Below are positions 29,429 to 39,806 of a DNA stretch of 64,000 nt, piece after piece. The stretch comes from an uncultured Polynucleobacter sp. (GTDB lineage: Bacteria > Bdellovibrionota_B > Oligoflexia > Oligoflexales > RGVZ01), in NCBI GenBank assembly GCA_964402975.1, contig CAYOEM010000004.1, forward strand, positions 8,599 through 72,598. The letters are read 5' to 3'. Position 1 is the first letter of the stretch. Each line of letters begins with the position of its first letter. Below the pieces are notes generated by a model. The model was not told the DNA's origin, did no database searches, and worked only from the letters and a program-made list of their open reading frames with translations. The position numbers and the translations under genes are program-made.

Positions 29429-30304
29429 TTAAATGTCCCGGTGAGTCACCGAAATTTCGATTCCGGCTAGTTTTTCCTTAGCAAGCTCCTTTGATAGGCG
29501 CTCGGCAAGGGCGACGCTTCGGTGCTGGCCCCCGGTGCAGCCAATGCCGATTCTAAGAAAGTGCCGTCCCTCTGCCAAATACTGCGGCAGAAGAAAGCGG
29601 TATAACTCGATAAGCTTATTGAAGATTTCCACTGCTGCCGGTGACTGAAAGACGTAGTTTTGTACGTCGAGGTCGCAGCCGGTTTTAATCTTTAAATTTG
29701 GCTCAAAATAGGGGTTCGGAAGAAAGCGGACATCGTGGAGCTGCTCTATGCTGGTGACCGGTCCATATTTAAACCCGAAACTAACAAAAACAACCTGTAG
29801 CGTCCGCAGCGGGCGGCCGACAGTTTTTTGATACCTTGATTCAATGAGGGAGCAAAGCTGCCTGGGTTTAAGGTGAGTCGTATCCACGTTAACATCGGCC
29901 GCCTCTGCTACGGGCTTAAGAAGCGCGTCCTCTTTGCTAATTTGGCCCTCGAGATCTGTGGCGAGGTCGGCCGCAGGGTGTCGCCTTCGAGCCGTTCCGT
30001 ATCGTCGCTGCAATTCGAAGCCATCCGCTCGAATAAAAATGACGTCTAATTCAACGCGAGCTGCTAAATCTTTTTTTATAGACGGGAACTTTTTTGCAAA
30101 CTGTGCACTTCGAATATCCATCCCAAACGCATAACCAACATCTGTTGATATCTTGTTCGACTCTATCAGACCCACGGTATCCCAGAGCAGCTCGATCGGC
30201 AAATTGTCGATGCAATAAAATCCGTTGTCTTGTAGGGTGTGCAGAGCGGTCGAAAGTCCCGCGCCAGACAGGCCAGTAACGATAACGACTCGAGGCTTCG
30301 TCAT
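29429..30304 (-). CDS. rapZ: RNase adapter / nucleotide-binding protein RapZ (YhbJ)
   Basis: 291 aa. [16 protein letters not shown]-loop, C-terminal [11 protein letters not shown]. It starts directly after the rpoN stop. Confidence 0.9.
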   Translation of the reverse strand: MTKPRVVIVTGLSGAGLSTALHTLQDNGFYCIDNLPIELLWDTVGLIESNKISTDVGYAFGMDIRSAQFAKKFPSIKKDLAARVELDVIFIRADGFELQRRYGTARRRHPAADLATDLEGQISKEDALLKPVAEAADVNVDTTHLKPRQLCSLIESRYQKTVGRPLRTLQVVFVSFGFKYGPVTSIEQLHDVRFLPNPYFEPNLKIKTGCDLDVQNYVFQSPAAVEIFNKLIELYRFLLPQYLAEGRHFLRIGIGCTGGQHRSVALAERLSKELAKEKLAGIEISVTHRDI

Positions 30305-31783
30305 TTAGAATGGCTTTCGACGTTTACTACTCGGCAGAATGCCCAGTTGCTCACGATATTTCGCAACAGTGCGGCGACTAATGTCGATGTTTTCTTTCGT
30401 CAGCATTTCCATGATTTGCTGATCTGATAATGGCTTGTTATTGTCTTCGGCCTTAACGATGTCGGCGATCCGACTTTTTACCGCCTCGTTAGCGACACTC
30501 TCGCCATCACTCCGGCCGATTGCGCTATTGAAGAAGAATTTGAGCTCGAATATCCCTCTCGGAGTATGAACATATTTATTTGTAGTGACGCGACTGATTG
30601 TCGATTCATGCAGCTCAAGGGCATCTGCAATATCGCGAAGAACCATCGGCTTCAGATACTGAATGCCATACTCGAAAAAATCGCGCTGACGTTCCAGGAT
30701 TTTTTCCATAACTCGATGAATCGTGCGCTGCCGCTGCTCCATGCTTTTAATAATCCATTTGGCGCTACGAATTTTATCGTCGAGGTACTCTTTGCCCTCG
30801 CCCTTTTTGCCCGGCACGGCTTTTTGCTCTTTCAGCATGTCTTTGTAAAAAGAGCTGACTCTTAAACGCGGCAGACCGTCCTCGTTCATGCTGACAAGCC
30901 ACTCTCCGCCGAGCTTAAAAACGAAAACATCGGGTATCACATACTGGGGCGCATCAGGTCCAAACTGTCGGCCCGGGATAGGCTCTAGACCGGCAATAAT
31001 TCCTACATTCGTATAAACAGTATCAAGAGGGACGCCGAGGGCCTTGGCTACCGCCGAGTAGTTTCGATTTTCTAAGTCATGAAGGTGATTCGCGACTATT
31101 TTTTCCACGATGCCATTGCGGAGCTGAAAATGCTTGATCTGAATCAACAAACATTCGCGAAGATCGCGCGCGGCGATCCCCGGTGGCTCAAAGCGCTGCA
31201 GAGTATCCAGTACACCCTCAGCCATTTCACGATCAAAGCGCTCTTTTTCGCAAAGCTCCTCGATCGAAATTGTTAAATAGCCTCTGTCGTCTATATTGCC
31301 AGCTATCTGTTCAGCGATTTTTAATTCCTCAGCAGAAAAATCAACTTCCCGAGCCTGATCTAGCACGTATTCTTGAAGGGTCGAGGCTTTAGTAACGATG
31401 TTTTCGTAGTTTGGAGCTTCATCGTCATGACCGCCCTTAGATCCGGCACTTGATGCTTGATGTCGCGACTCCTCATAGGCCGACAGCCTCTCCCAATCAA
31501 CTTCATTGTCCTTGGACTTTCCAACTTGGTCTACAATCGACGAAGCCTCTTCAAGTCGACCACTTACAGCCTCTGACTCCGTAAATTCTTTTTCAATTGG
31601 TGAGTAATCATCCGTGGTTTCTGGCGACGCCTCTTCAAGCACCGGGTTTTCTGCCATCTGAGTTTCGACAAACTGCTCAAGCTCAAGTCGAGATAGCTGC
31701 AGCAACTTGATGGCCTGCTGCAGCTGGGGGGTCATTGTTAGGTTCTGGCCCAGCCCAATCGACTGTCCCAATTTTATCGCCAT
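30305..31783 (-). CDS. rpoN: RNA polymerase sigma-54 factor
   Basis: 492 aa. N-terminal LTMTPQLQQAIKLLQLS, C-terminal RpoN box ARRTVAKYRE. Confidence 0.95.
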   Translation of the reverse strand: MAIKLGQSIGLGQNLTMTPQLQQAIKLLQLSRLELEQFVETQMAENPVLEEASPETTDDYSPIEKEFTESEAVSGRLEEASSIVDQVGKSKDNEVDWERLSAYEESRHQASSAGSKGGHDDEAPNYENIVTKASTLQEYVLDQAREVDFSAEELKIAEQIAGNIDDRGYLTISIEELCEKERFDREMAEGVLDTLQRFEPPGIAARDLRECLLIQIKHFQLRNGIVEKIVANHLHDLENRNYSAVAKALGVPLDTVYTNVGIIAGLEPIPGRQFGPDAPQYVIPDVFVFKLGGEWLVSMNEDGLPRLRVSSFYKDMLKEQKAVPGKKGEGKEYLDDKIRSAKWIIKSMEQRQRTIHRVMEKILERQRDFFEYGIQYLKPMVLRDIADALELHESTISRVTTNKYVHTPRGIFELKFFFNSAIGRSDGESVANEAVKSRIADIVKAEDNNKPLSDQQIMEMLTKENIDISRRTVAKYREQLGILPSSKRRKPF

Positions 31784-31875
31784 AGAACATCCCTACACTT
31801 TGGTGGCAAGCCTGCCAATATCGGCCGCAAAACCATCCTATAGCAGTATAGCAGTAAACTGATCATTGACCACTT

Positions 31876-32631
31876 TTAAAACCTGAAGTTTTCGCCCAGG
31901 TAGCTCTCACGTACGGCTTTATTGTTCGCGACGTCCTGAGGTAGGCCATGTGCTATGATCTGTCCGCTGGCTAGTATATACGCCCGGTCGCAGCTACCAA
32001 GGGTTTCGCGAACATTGTGATCCGTGATCAGCACGCCGAGCCCATCATTCTTCAACGACAGGATAATTTGCTGGATTTCGTTGACCGTTACCGGATCAAT
32101 TCCCGCAAATGGTTCGTCTAGCAGCAAAAAGCGGGGCTCGATGATCAAAGCGCGGGCGATCTCGACTCTACGGCGCTCGCCGCCTGAGAGCGCCGATCCC
32201 AATGATTTCGCAATATGGGTTACTTGAAACTTGGTCAATAATTCCTCTAAGCGATCACCTCGCTTGGCCCTCGGTAGTCCGGCGACTTCCATCACGGCAA
32301 GCAGGTTGTCCTCGACTGTCATTCGCCTGAAGATACTCATGTTTTGCGGTAAATACGATATGCCCTTTTTAGCGCGAACATGCATCGGTAGATCTGTGAT
32401 ATCCAGATCGTTCATCATAATTCTGCCAGACTGCGGCTGTAAAAGTCCTACGACCATATAGAAGCTAGTCGTTTTTCCAGCTCCGTTTGGTCCGAGCAAG
32501 CCAACGACCTCGCCCGTTTTCACGCGAAAGCTCGCCGATTTGACGACCTGACGTGTCTTAAACGATTTACAAAGCTGCTCCGCTACAAGCTCGGCGCTGT
32601 CTCCCGAGTATCTATTTACGGCGTCATTCAT
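31876..32631 (-). CDS. lptB: LPS export ABC transporter ATPase LptB
   Basis: 251 aa. Walker A GPNGAGKTT, signature LSGGERRR, Walker B LLLDEPFAG. Located between lptA and rpoN. Confidence 0.9.
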   Translation of the reverse strand: MNDAVNRYSGDSAELVAEQLCKSFKTRQVVKSASFRVKTGEVVGLLGPNGAGKTTSFYMVVGLLQPQSGRIMMNDLDITDLPMHVRAKKGISYLPQNMSIFRRMTVEDNLLAVMEVAGLPRAKRGDRLEELLTKFQVTHIAKSLGSALSGGERRRVEIARALIIEPRFLLLDEPFAGIDPVTVNEIQQIILSLKNDGLGVLITDHNVRETLGSCDRAYILASGQIIAHGLPQDVANNKAVRESYLGENFRF

Positions 32632-33329
32632 TTGGATGAACTCGGTTTTTTAGCTGATGGCTGAACGACACCCTCAACGCGGTCTGCCTTCACCCAGCCG
32701 TTTTGAAGATCGTAGTAAATAATCTTTCCCCTCACAACATCCTCGCCGCGATACAATACCGGCTCTCCCTTCATCGTAACAAGCCGCTTCGTATTATTGA
32801 AAATAGCTTCGCGGCCCTCCGCTCGAACAGGCAGGCCCGTATCGGGGTCTGTTCTCGTAAATTTAACCGAACCAACCGCATGAACTTCTCGAACGTCGCG
32901 GGATTTTGATTCAAAAAATATAGTCGCTTTATCAGCTTCAAGGCGCACATCATCTTGAGTTACTACAACGTTCTCTTCAAGCATCAGTGTGCCGGGATTT
33001 TTTAGTCCAGACAAACTCTTGCTCCAAAACTTAACAACGCCAGCCTTACCGGCTTTGCCCTTGGTCTTGGGTAATGGTTTGTCTTCCTCCACCGCGGGCT
33101 TGGTTTGTGAAGCGCCCTGGGGTGATTTAGCCCCTGGCTCGTTCTTTGGCGCTGAATCGGTAGGGTGGGGTGGCTTAGTGGGGGTGCTTGGTTTTAGCGG
33201 CGCGGTCGTTTCGATATCCTCTGAATCTTCGATCAATTCCGCGCTTGCAGGAGTGGACGGGAGGATCGCCAAGCAGGTCATCATGTACACGCAGTTAATG
33301 CCTACATTAATTAATTTCCGATAAATCAT
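32628..33329 (-). CDS. lptA: LptA/OstA-like periplasmic LPS transport protein with an extended Pro/Lys-rich N-terminal region
   Basis: 233 aa. A signal peptide, a low-complexity segment of about 70 aa (PLKPSTPTKPPHPTDSAPKNEPGAKSPQG...), then an OstA-N-like beta-jellyroll sequence (VVVTQDDVRLEADKATIFF...). Synteny is lptC-lptA-lptB. Confidence 0.65.
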   Translation of the reverse strand: MIYRKLINVGINCVYMMTCLAILPSTPASAELIEDSEDIETTAPLKPSTPTKPPHPTDSAPKNEPGAKSPQGASQTKPAVEEDKPLPKTKGKAGKAGVVKFWSKSLSGLKNPGTLMLEENVVVTQDDVRLEADKATIFFESKSRDVREVHAVGSVKFTRTDPDTGLPVRAEGREAIFNNTKRLVTMKGEPVLYRGEDVVRGKIIYYDLQNGWVKADRVEGVVQPSAKKPSSSK

Positions 33330-33934
33330 TTCTTCGACTTGCCTCCGAGCTGTTTATCCATCAAATCAGTTCGCAGACTTCCAAAAACGCCGCCCTTGAG
33401 GCGGAGATCTTCCGTTTTGGCGTTGTAAATCATGCCACCTTCCGCAGCAATAAACTGGCCGTCGGACTCAATCCTGACGGGCTTATCCGAAACAGCTTCG
33501 CCGGTTTTTTCGGTGTATTTAATCCACTCAGTCTGGAAGCGGCTGTTTCCTCGAATATAATCGACATTTCCCGAAAATAGTATGGTGTCGACCACTCCAG
33601 CGCCGTGCCCAAAAAGATTTTCTGTCTGGAAAACAACTTCTGCTTTGTCGGAAGATATTTCTTGACGAAGCTCTGGAGATATCCGCACGGCCCTTGCGCC
33701 GCCTTCACATACAAGTCGTCCCTGATCAAATAATGTTGCTTCGGAGCCCGTGGCTCTGGCGATTAGCTGATCTTGTCGGTATCGATATAGCTCGTAGTTT
33801 CTAAGCTTAGATTTGATGGCGGATCCAACAATGTTCTTTTGGCTTCGTTGATGACTTTGATTTAGGTAAATAAATATCGCTGCGGCAGTTACAGCCAACG
33901 AAATAAATATAAAGAAGATTCTGCCCTTGCTCAT
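33326..33934 (-). CDS. lptC: LptC-like LPS export protein
   Basis: 202 aa. N-terminal TM anchor followed by a beta-rich domain. Assigned by its position between kdsD and lptA, with 4-nt overlap to lptA. Confidence 0.55.
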   Translation of the reverse strand: MSKGRIFFIFISLAVTAAAIFIYLNQSHQRSQKNIVGSAIKSKLRNYELYRYRQDQLIARATGSEATLFDQGRLVCEGGARAVRISPELRQEISSDKAEVVFQTENLFGHGAGVVDTILFSGNVDYIRGNSRFQTEWIKYTEKTGEAVSDKPVRIESDGQFIAAEGGMIYNAKTEDLRLKGGVFGSLRTDLMDKQLGGKSKK

Positions 33935-33945
33935 GACGAGGACTA

Positions 33946-34953
33946 TTATACGATCTTTGCGGCCAGAAGGTCATGCATTCTGATCAATCCGAGCAAAACT
34001 CCGGGCTTCGTCTCATCAATAACAAAAATTGAGGTGATTTGTGCCTCTTCCATCCGCTTAAAGGCGTCAATGGCGAGACTGCTCCCCCCAATTGATCGGG
34101 GCGACTTCGTCATCATCTGACTGGCTAATAAATTAATCGCTCCAGCGCCTTGTGCCAACAAGGCTCGCCTAATGTCGCCATCCGAGATGGCGCCAATCAA
34201 TCGTCCTTGCTTGTCTTCAACTGGAACAATACCGTAATTCTTGCGGGTTACCGCCTCCAAAACCTCATGAAACGTGGCGTCTGGGCCAACGGCGGGAAGA
34301 GCTGCTCCTGCTGGTTTCATAAGATCACTGACCATCGACAATTTGCGACCCAGCGCCCCCGATGGGTGGAGGCGTGCAAAATCTGCGGCGCTGAACCCGC
34401 GAGCATCCATAAGGGCTACTGCGAGCGCATCACCAAGAGCCAGAGCTACAGTGGTGGATGCAGTGGGGGCAAGATTATGGGGACAAACCTCTTTTGATAC
34501 GGAGCCATCGATAACATAATCTGCAAGTTTTGCCAGGGATGACTGTAGGTTTCCCGTAATGGCAACGACGGCAACTCCAATCCTTTTGGCGTGACGCGCG
34601 ACCGAGATCACTTCGTCGGTTTCTCCACCAAACGCGACGCTTAAAAGCACGTCCTGACGCTGAATCACTCCCAAATCACCATGCAGGGCCTCTGCAGGAT
34701 GCAGATAAAAAGAAGGGGTTCCCGTACTTGCAAACGTCGCTGCAATCTTGCGAGAAACGTGTCCAGACTTGCCAAGACCAGTGACCACGACCTTGCCTTT
34801 GGCGGCCAGCATCAACTCTGCAGCTTCGGCGAATGGATCACCTAATTTTAAAGCCGTGTCGCGGAGCGCATGGGCCTCTTCTTCGAGCGCCTTTCGACCT
34901 GAACGAATAAATTTTTCACGCAAATCCCGACTACTCGTAGGCTTTTCTGACAT
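33946..34953 (-). CDS. kdsD: Arabinose-5-phosphate isomerase (KdsD/KpsF; SIS domain plus tandem CBS)
   Basis: 335 aa. SIS motif VVVTGLGKSGHVSRKIAATFASTGTPS and two C-terminal CBS-like repeats. Confidence 0.9.
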   Translation of the reverse strand: MSEKPTSSRDLREKFIRSGRKALEEEAHALRDTALKLGDPFAEAAELMLAAKGKVVVTGLGKSGHVSRKIAATFASTGTPSFYLHPAEALHGDLGVIQRQDVLLSVAFGGETDEVISVARHAKRIGVAVVAITGNLQSSLAKLADYVIDGSVSKEVCPHNLAPTASTTVALALGDALAVALMDARGFSAADFARLHPSGALGRKLSMVSDLMKPAGAALPAVGPDATFHEVLEAVTRKNYGIVPVEDKQGRLIGAISDGDIRRALLAQGAGAINLLASQMMTKSPRSIGGSSLAIDAFKRMEEAQITSIFVIDETKPGVLLGLIRMHDLLAAKIV

Positions 34954-36569
34954 TACTTTGCCTTCTTCGACTGGACAGCGGCCGCGACAAATTCGCGAAA
35001 CAGCGGGTGGGCCTTTGTCGGCCTACTTTTTAGCTCTGGGTGGAACTGACAGGCCACAAACCAAGGGTGGGATTTCATCTCCATAATCTCAACCAAATCA
35101 CCATTTGGGGAAAGGCCAGAAAACACAACTCCGGCGGCCTCGAACTTCGCACGATAATCATTATTGAATTCAAAACGATGGCGATGGCGCTCGCTGATCT
35201 CCGTGCTGCCGTACGCTTGATGTGCTTTGGATCCCTGAGCTAACATGCACGGATAAGCTCCTAGGCGCATGGTGCCGCCTTTAGCGGTCACGGCCTTCTG
35301 GCTGTCCATGAGGTGAATGATTTGATCTGGAGACTGTGGGTCAAATTCCTGACTGTGGGCTCTTGGTAGCTTAAGCGCATGCCGAGCAAACTCAATGGCA
35401 GCAACCTGCATACCAAGACAAATTCCGAAAAATGGCTTTCCGGATTCACGGGCAAACTTAATGGCCGTAATTTTGCCCTCAACGCCCCTTGAACCAAAGC
35501 CGCCAGGAACAAGGATTCCATCAAATCGTGACAACGTTTGAGTTACGTTAGCAGGAGTTATTTCATCGGCATCGATGTATTCAACGTCGACCTTGCAGCC
35601 GTTCGCAATGCCAGAGTGCACCAAACTTTCGTCGATTGATTTATAGCTATCGAAAACACCAACGTACTTGCCCACAACCGCAATCTTTGTGGTTACCGAT
35701 GGGTGATCGAGATTGTGGACGATTCGCCGCCATGCCGCCAAATCGGGAGCGCCAGTCCAGATATTTAAGGTCTCGACAATCGCCTGATCAAACCCCTGAT
35801 TATTCATCAGTAGAGGAAGCCGATAAATACTATCTGCGTCCAGGGCCTCGAAAACTCGATCTTGTTTTACGTTACAAAATTGGGCAATTTTCTTGAGCTG
35901 CTCAGTTGGGATTTTACGATCACTCCGGCACACGAGCATATCTGGCTGCAAACCAATTTGACGCAAATCCCGGACGGAGTGCTGAGTCGGTTTGGTTTTT
36001 AGCTCTTTAGCAGCCGCGATGTACGGCACCAAAGTTAAATGAACGAGCATGCAGTTGCTATCACCGAGGTCATAACGAATCTGCCTAATCGCCTCAAGAA
36101 ATGGCAGGCTCTCGATGTCGCCCACCGTACCGCCGACTTCAATTATGGCAATATCTGCGCCTTCACTGGCTTTGAAAATAAACTCTTTGATCTGATCTGT
36201 AATGTGTGGGATGACCTGAACTGTGCCGCCGAGGTAATCTCCGCGACGTTCCTTAGAAAGAACGGTGTCGTATACTTTTCCAGCTGAAAAGCTGTTGGCA
36301 CGACTGAGGGTGGCGTGAGTGAACCGTTCGTAGTGCCCAATATCAAGATCTGTCTCTGCACCATCGTCTGTTACAAAAACCTCTCCATGCTGATGCGGGC
36401 TCATGGTGCCCGGGTCGATATTAATATAAGGGTCAGCCTTAGTTAATATAACCTTTAGGCCTCGTGTCTCCAAAAGTGCGCCAGCTGTTGCCGCCACGAT
36501 ACCCTTGCCCAAAGACGACACTACACCGCCGGTCACAAAAATGTATTTCGTACGCTGTTTTGCACGCAT
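34953..36569 (-). CDS. pyrG: CTP synthase
   Basis: 538 aa. [16 protein letters not shown], and a glutamine amidotransferase domain with GICLGMQ and HRHRFE. TAATG overlap with kdsD. Confidence 0.95.
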   Translation of the reverse strand: MRAKQRTKYIFVTGGVVSSLGKGIVAATAGALLETRGLKVILTKADPYINIDPGTMSPHQHGEVFVTDDGAETDLDIGHYERFTHATLSRANSFSAGKVYDTVLSKERRGDYLGGTVQVIPHITDQIKEFIFKASEGADIAIIEVGGTVGDIESLPFLEAIRQIRYDLGDSNCMLVHLTLVPYIAAAKELKTKPTQHSVRDLRQIGLQPDMLVCRSDRKIPTEQLKKIAQFCNVKQDRVFEALDADSIYRLPLLMNNQGFDQAIVETLNIWTGAPDLAAWRRIVHNLDHPSVTTKIAVVGKYVGVFDSYKSIDESLVHSGIANGCKVDVEYIDADEITPANVTQTLSRFDGILVPGGFGSRGVEGKITAIKFARESGKPFFGICLGMQVAAIEFARHALKLPRAHSQEFDPQSPDQIIHLMDSQKAVTAKGGTMRLGAYPCMLAQGSKAHQAYGSTEISERHRHRFEFNNDYRAKFEAAGVVFSGLSPNGDLVEIMEMKSHPWFVACQFHPELKSRPTKAHPLFREFVAAAVQSKKAK

Positions 36570-36690
36570 CTTGCTGTCCGGATAAATCTAAAAGTCGATT
36601 TCTTTGGGGCGGGAGACCTTTGTTGACCCGAGCTCGGGAAATATCCCTACGCTGGACCTAAATCCTATAGAAAAAGTCATTCCGCGGTCA

Positions 36691-36714
36691 ATAAAAATGC
36701 GCCCTAAGGGCGCA
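36691..36714 (-). terminator. Rho-independent terminator downstream of the M50 protease gene
   Basis: On the minus strand: TGCGCCC-tta-GGGCGCA followed by TTTTTAT. Confidence 0.65.
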
Positions 36715-36749
36715 CTATATAAAGATGGGCTTCTTGGGGTTGTCCATGC

Positions 36750-37427
36750 CTATAGCAGCGCCGATATGATCGGGGACGCTAAAGCATCCATAAAACTGAC
36801 ATAAAAGGCCGTGAGTCCACTAATCCAATTCAAACCGCCCATCGACGCTAGAACTAAAATGATGACAAAACCCCATGGGGCTACAGCCATCTCATAACGC
36901 TCCCACAAACTCCTATCCATGAAGGCGCGCATGATCGTAGCTCCGTCCAGGGGTGGCAAGGGAAGCAGGTTAAGGAACGCCAAGATGCCGTTGACATAAA
37001 TCATGGCACCAACCACACCCATCAATGGGGCAAGAAAGCTACCCTTTGCAAAAATGGACCAATCAAGTTGCGCGTTTAAACGAAAAATAATTAGACAAAT
37101 AAAGCTCAACAAAAGATTTGCCACTGGCCCAGCCGCCGCCGTCAACACAACGTCGCGGGTCGGATTTCTAAAATTTCTCTCGTCGTAGGGCACTGGCTTT
37201 GCCCATCCGATGAATGGGGCGCCCATAATGGAGCAAACGAGGGGAAGCGCAACGGTCCCAAGCATATCCATATGCACGGTCGGATTAAGACTCAATCGAC
37301 CTTCGCGCTTGGCTGAGTCATCTCCAAAACTATGGGACGCGAATGCGTGGGCGGCCTCGTGGAACGTCAACGCAAACAACATGGCGAGAAAATATGTTAG
37401 AGCTTGGGTCAAATCGGTAATAGACAT
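36750..37427 (-). CDS. Site-2 protease family zinc metalloprotease (peptidase M50)
   Basis: 225 aa, polytopic. HEAAHAFASH (HExxH) and NLLPLPPLDG (LDG motif). Confidence 0.8.
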   Translation of the reverse strand: MSITDLTQALTYFLAMLFALTFHEAAHAFASHSFGDDSAKREGRLSLNPTVHMDMLGTVALPLVCSIMGAPFIGWAKPVPYDERNFRNPTRDVVLTAAAGPVANLLLSFICLIIFRLNAQLDWSIFAKGSFLAPLMGVVGAMIYVNGILAFLNLLPLPPLDGATIMRAFMDRSLWERYEMAVAPWGFVIILVLASMGGLNWISGLTAFYVSFMDALASPIISALL

Positions 37428-37543
37428 AAAAACCCTAATCCGATGGGACGTTTACCGAAGAATAACTTCGCGGCCGGGCCGTCCCGTGATTTTTAAACGA
37501 TTAGTGGATTATAGGCCAATACCGCATTTTTGGTAGAATAAAG

Positions 37544-38731
37544 ATGATGTCCATTTATTTTAGTCGACCTTTCGCGGGGCTTATGGCTTCACTCATCAGA
37601 CACAAAAACGCTTTGGCCATGCTGGTTGTGGCAGCTAATATCGCTCTAGGTTTGGCTGGTTGTAAATTTGCGGCTGCCCCCAAGGCGCCACGTCGCGCGG
37701 GAGCTAATGATTCGATCATTATCCCGGAGTCGGTTACATTTGAGCGTTCCTTGGATAGACTTTCCATAAATTTGAACTTTGAGACTCGTGTCGCGGCTAA
37801 TTGCAAGTTTGGTTTTTTTGCCACGTCATCAGATAAAAAATCTATATCTACCTACACGCCTTGTGCGGGCCGGTCTGCGACCAAGTTCAACGAAACCGTG
37901 TCGAGTTTGCCCAAAGATCAAACCGTGACGATCGTTATTATGTCTTGGGCTTCTAAAGATGATGAAAAAACGGCGAAAGGGATGATCATAGCGGAAACCC
38001 CCCCTAATGCAGATCGCGACGCGATAAATATTTTTTCTGTCGACCTAGGCGGGGGGCGACTGGAATTGTCGGCAATCGCCGGAGCTGAGCGCCCCAGCTC
38101 GTCACTCTCGGCAGCCTTATCAAAAGTGCAAACTCCCTCGTGCAATATTAACAACGTTCCCCCGTCGTTTCCCGCCTCCAGAAAATCCAATCAGATTCTT
38201 AGCGTAACTAGTCGTGGGTTCATCAATGCCAGTGCTACGACAATCTCAAACTCTACCGTGGCCGGCTCTTTTGCTGCCACGCAGCGGCAAAGCACGGAAT
38301 GGAGCATCACGGCGCGGACATCGAGCGGCTATGGTCAACTAAGGTTTGCAAAACCAACTCTTCTAAAGTCGGTCACGTTCGCGGGTCGAGACCAAGCGCC
38401 TGCAGATGACGACTTTTTAGAGGATGTCGACCCTCCGGCGTTAAAATTAACCGCCTCACAAACATTTGTTGCCTCCTGGGCCATGGATGGTGATTCTAAA
38501 AACTCGATGGTAACACTATCGATCTCACCAGCTGCCGCCTTTAAAGGAGTCACATGCACCGCGCCTGCATCGTCAGGGAAAATCACCGTGCCGGCAACAA
38601 TCGTGGCCCAGTTACCCCAAAATGAGCGACTTTGGGTTTCGTTGCGGCTTGACTCGTGGCAAGCCTTTGACGACGCTCGTTGGCTCGTGCGGGCTAGCGA
38701 CTGGAAGTCGCTCGGCGCGCAGAGATTGTGA
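37544..38731 (+). CDS. Hypothetical lipoprotein
   Basis: 395 aa. Lipobox LGLAGC after a hydrophobic N-terminus. The Ser/Thr/Ala-rich, beta-looking remainder matches no family I recognise. It is the only + strand gene in a 22-kb minus-strand stretch. Confidence 0.55.
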   Translation: MMSIYFSRPFAGLMASLIRHKNALAMLVVAANIALGLAGCKFAAAPKAPRRAGANDSIIIPESVTFERSLDRLSINLNFETRVAANCKFGFFATSSDKKSISTYTPCAGRSATKFNETVSSLPKDQTVTIVIMSWASKDDEKTAKGMIIAETPPNADRDAINIFSVDLGGGRLELSAIAGAERPSSSLSAALSKVQTPSCNINNVPPSFPASRKSNQILSVTSRGFINASATTISNSTVAGSFAATQRQSTEWSITARTSSGYGQLRFAKPTLLKSVTFAGRDQAPADDDFLEDVDPPALKLTASQTFVASWAMDGDSKNSMVTLSISPAAAFKGVTCTAPASSGKITVPATIVAQLPQNERLWVSLRLDSWQAFDDARWLVRASDWKSLGAQRL

Positions 38732-39806
38732 CGGACTCCAATACTCGACTAACGACGTTCCTCGATAATAGCCAACATAAAGTAATGCCACTTTTATAAA
38801 ACCCGGTGCTGACCCAAATATTTGCGCGAGGCTCCGCGCAAGCAACAAAAGGATCTCGTTTGCGGGTTCTGACCCGAACGCCCCAAGATGGTCTAATACT
38901 TGTTGAATCGGAATTATGACGCCCCAACTTTGTTAGTAATTTTTTTCCTGCATCAATCTGCTCGGCGACAGTTGGTGGCTTGGTTGAAGACATGTCTCTT
39001 GTTAAAGAGCGAGCGAGCTCACTCGTAGATCCCCAATGAATATTTTCCCCAAATGAAATGACTCCGGATGTTCCTTTGACCTCACAAGACTCGTTTCGCT
39101 CGCTCTTCGCCTTGAAGGTCGACCCAGGTACCGCGAACATGGGGCCCAACACTTCAGATCCATTGCCAGCAATAAGGTTCGCCGTCCCAGCACCAGCACA
39201 TATCACCGTACATCGGGCCGTCATCGTTTGAGCGGACTTGAGTCGAAGCTCTGAGTAACCTTCTGCTGGTTTAATTTTTAAAACACGGTCTCGGGTTATT
39301 ACAACGCCTAGACGCTTGCTGGCCTCAACCAAAATGTCCAACAGATATTGTGGATCAATCCAAAAATCTGCGGGATAGAATGCGCTTGCGAATTGGCCTT
39401 TAGTGGTAAAGTCGATCTTTACGTTTTTAAGGCCAATGAAATCGCTGCGATAAATTCTACCGAAATCTTTTCTAAAATCTGCCGCCGTCGTAAATGCTTC
39501 TGCTACGCCTAGGCGCCAAGCGCTGGCCGGCCTTTCAGCGCCGACTAATGATTCAAGACCTTGTAGCCATTTATTAAAACCCAGGTGGCCATCAATTTTC
39601 TTTGAAAAAAGCTCTGAGTCGGCCTCGAAAATCCCTTTGATCGTGGCAATCCCGTGAGCTGCCTTCGACGCCTCTAGGGCATCGGCGTCATCGTGAATTA
39701 TTTCGACGTTAACCATCCCAGATTGGGCCAACTCGACGGCGAGGCTTAGGCCAGCAAATCCCCGGCCAATCACCACCACATCTCGAATATTCTTTGTATC
39801 TGTCAT
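38694..39806 (-). CDS. FAD-dependent oxidoreductase (DAO/glycine-oxidase-like family)
   Basis: 370 aa. N-terminal dinucleotide fold DVVVIGRGFAGLSLAVELAQSG, and length and layout typical of the DAO family. 4-nt overlap with the upstream serine hydrolase gene. Confidence 0.7.
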   Translation of the reverse strand: MTDTKNIRDVVVIGRGFAGLSLAVELAQSGMVNVEIIHDDADALEASKAAHGIATIKGIFEADSELFSKKIDGHLGFNKWLQGLESLVGAERPASAWRLGVAEAFTTAADFRKDFGRIYRSDFIGLKNVKIDFTTKGQFASAFYPADFWIDPQYLLDILVEASKRLGVVITRDRVLKIKPAEGYSELRLKSAQTMTARCTVICAGAGTANLIAGNGSEVLGPMFAVPGSTFKAKSERNESCEVKGTSGVISFGENIHWGSTSELARSLTRDMSSTKPPTVAEQIDAGKKLLTKLGRHNSDSTSIRPSWGVRVRTRKRDPFVACAEPRANIWVSTGFYKSGITLCWLLSRNVVSRVLESVTISARRATSSR

